From Thermoplasmata archaeon (GTDB lineage Archaea > Thermoplasmatota > Thermoplasmata > WALJ01), in assembly GCA_015522885.1 (NCBI GenBank), contig WALJ01000131.1, positions 1 to 28,091 on the forward strand: a DNA stretch of 28,091 nt, written 5' to 3'. The translations under genes were made by a program, and so were the position numbers. The notes beneath the pieces are model-generated. The model worked only from the letters and a program-made list of their open reading frames with translations, searched no databases and was not told the origin of the DNA. Numbering within the stretch: the first letter of the stretch is position 1; each line of letters starts with the position of its first letter. Positions 27,135 to 28,091 of the stretch are shown here, piece after piece.

Positions 27135-27343
27135 TGTCTTAAAGATATGTTCCAAACGGCGATAGAATCATGAGGGATAACGGAACCGAAATCACTTACC
27201 ACCTCTACGACAGGGAGGACAGAATAGGAGACTATGACCCATCCGGCAATCTTCTCATCTCATACACACACGGCCCGGGAATAGATGGGCCCATTGCAAT
27301 GACAACTAACAACTCAAAGGAGGTCTGTAGATGCGAAATTTGA
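27134..27343 (+). pseudogene. degraded RHS/YD-repeat gene fragment (57-aa ORF at 27170-27343)
   Basis: Own translation: MS*RYVPNGDRIMRDNGTEITYHLYDREDRIGDYDPSGNLLISYTHGPGIDGPIAMTTNNSKEVCRCEI*. It matches the RHS pre-core pattern YxYDxxGxRI..TxYxYD..I(A/G)(E/D)YDxxGNL..YxHGPGIDEP(L/I)AM. Confidence 0.75.
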
Positions 27344-28091
27344 GCGCAATTTATATGGTGGCTTTACTTTTGATAGCTATTCTACCATTGAATTCTCTCT
27401 CGGTAACATCCACTACTGATTCATGGACGATAGAGACTATTGAGAATGGCTTTGATACTGTGGTTCAGATATCCATGACTTTGGACAATAACAACAATCC
27501 GCATGCTGTTTATTGCAATGTAAGTCATTTTGATATAAAATATGTGTACTATAACGGTACGGAATGGAACATAGAGGTTCTGCCTCATCAGGGAGGGTTG
27601 TATCCATCATTGGCACTCGACAAACAGGGAAATCCTCATATCGCATATGAAGGGAGTTATACCATATCCTATGCTTCATCATCGGATGGTAAAGATTGGA
27701 ATATTATAGATGTGGACCCGACCCACAATTCGGATTCTATGTTTCCTTCCATAGCACTCGATTCTTCTGGAAATCCTCATATCTCTTATGTGGTTCTAGA
27801 TAGCTCCTGTCCAACTCCGGACGCCATCCAATATGCAACGATGAAAGAAAATATCTGGAGCATAGAAACTATTGATAAAGCAGGGGTTGCCTATTCGACA
27901 TCAATAGCCCTTGATTCCGAGAATCGCCCCTATATAGTCTATATGGTAAGTGATTATGCAACGGACTATCTTAAATACGCATGGTTTGACGGCGAGAACT
28001 GGCACAACGAAACAGTAGACAGTGCATCTCATCCTTCTTTGGAGTTTGATGGCATGGTTCTTGATGCTGAATCTCACCCACACATCTGCTA
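27331..28091 (+). CDS. secreted repeat protein (beta-propeller-like), 3'-partial, not in ORF track
   Basis: Open frame from ATG 27331 (SD AAGGAGGT) to the window end. Signal peptide MRNLSAIYMVALLLIAILP, then five ~45-50 aa repeats of W-x-I-E-x-(I/V)-D ... S-(L/I)-A-L-D-x-x-G-N-P-H-I-x-Y. Confidence 0.88.
   Translation, partial: MRNLSAIYMVALLLIAILPLNSLSVTSTTDSWTIETIENGFDTVVQISMTLDNNNNPHAVYCNVSHFDIKYVYYNGTEWNIEVLPHQGGLYPSLALDKQGNPHIAYEGSYTISYASSSDGKDWNIIDVDPTHNSDSMFPSIALDSSGNPHISYVVLDSSCPTPDAIQYATMKENIWSIETIDKAGVAYSTSIALDSENRPYIVYMVSDYATDYLKYAWFDGENWHNETVDSASHPSLEFDGMVLDAESHPHIC

Noticed and set aside
27437-28083. Minus-strand ORFs 27437-27682 and 27901-28083
   Set aside because: They are antisense to the uninterrupted plus-strand repeat protein, which the track omitted only because it has no stop in the window.

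Overview
Archaeal DNA, most likely Thermoplasmatota/Thermoplasmata. This placement is an inference from the archaeal-type r-proteins, the absence of L14e/L34e from the cluster and a SecY with an N-terminal membrane extension. About 16 kb (11257-27089) is the conserved archaeal L3-spc ribosomal superoperon: rpl3 to secY, then DUF106, cmk and cbf5/truB. It is divergent from rps15 plus a RecJ-like DHH gene. The first 9 kb holds DUF58, a membrane protein, UPF0147, an acyl-CoA synthetase, a prepilin/preflagellin peptidase, NreA, an archaeal ATPase-DUF234 nuclease-fold protein, a metallophosphoesterase and a frameshifted IS481-family transposase relic. The last ~1 kb is more AT-rich. It contains a degraded RHS/YD-repeat fragment and a secreted repeat (beta-propeller-like) protein that runs off the window; neither is in the ORF track. 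The best leads are the RHS relic, a structured ~125-nt leader with alternative pairings ahead of rpl3, a probable CTG start for DUF106, and a hairpin array where the IS homology breaks off. I saw no tRNA, rRNA or CRISPR array. All family assignments come from motif recognition, not database searches.
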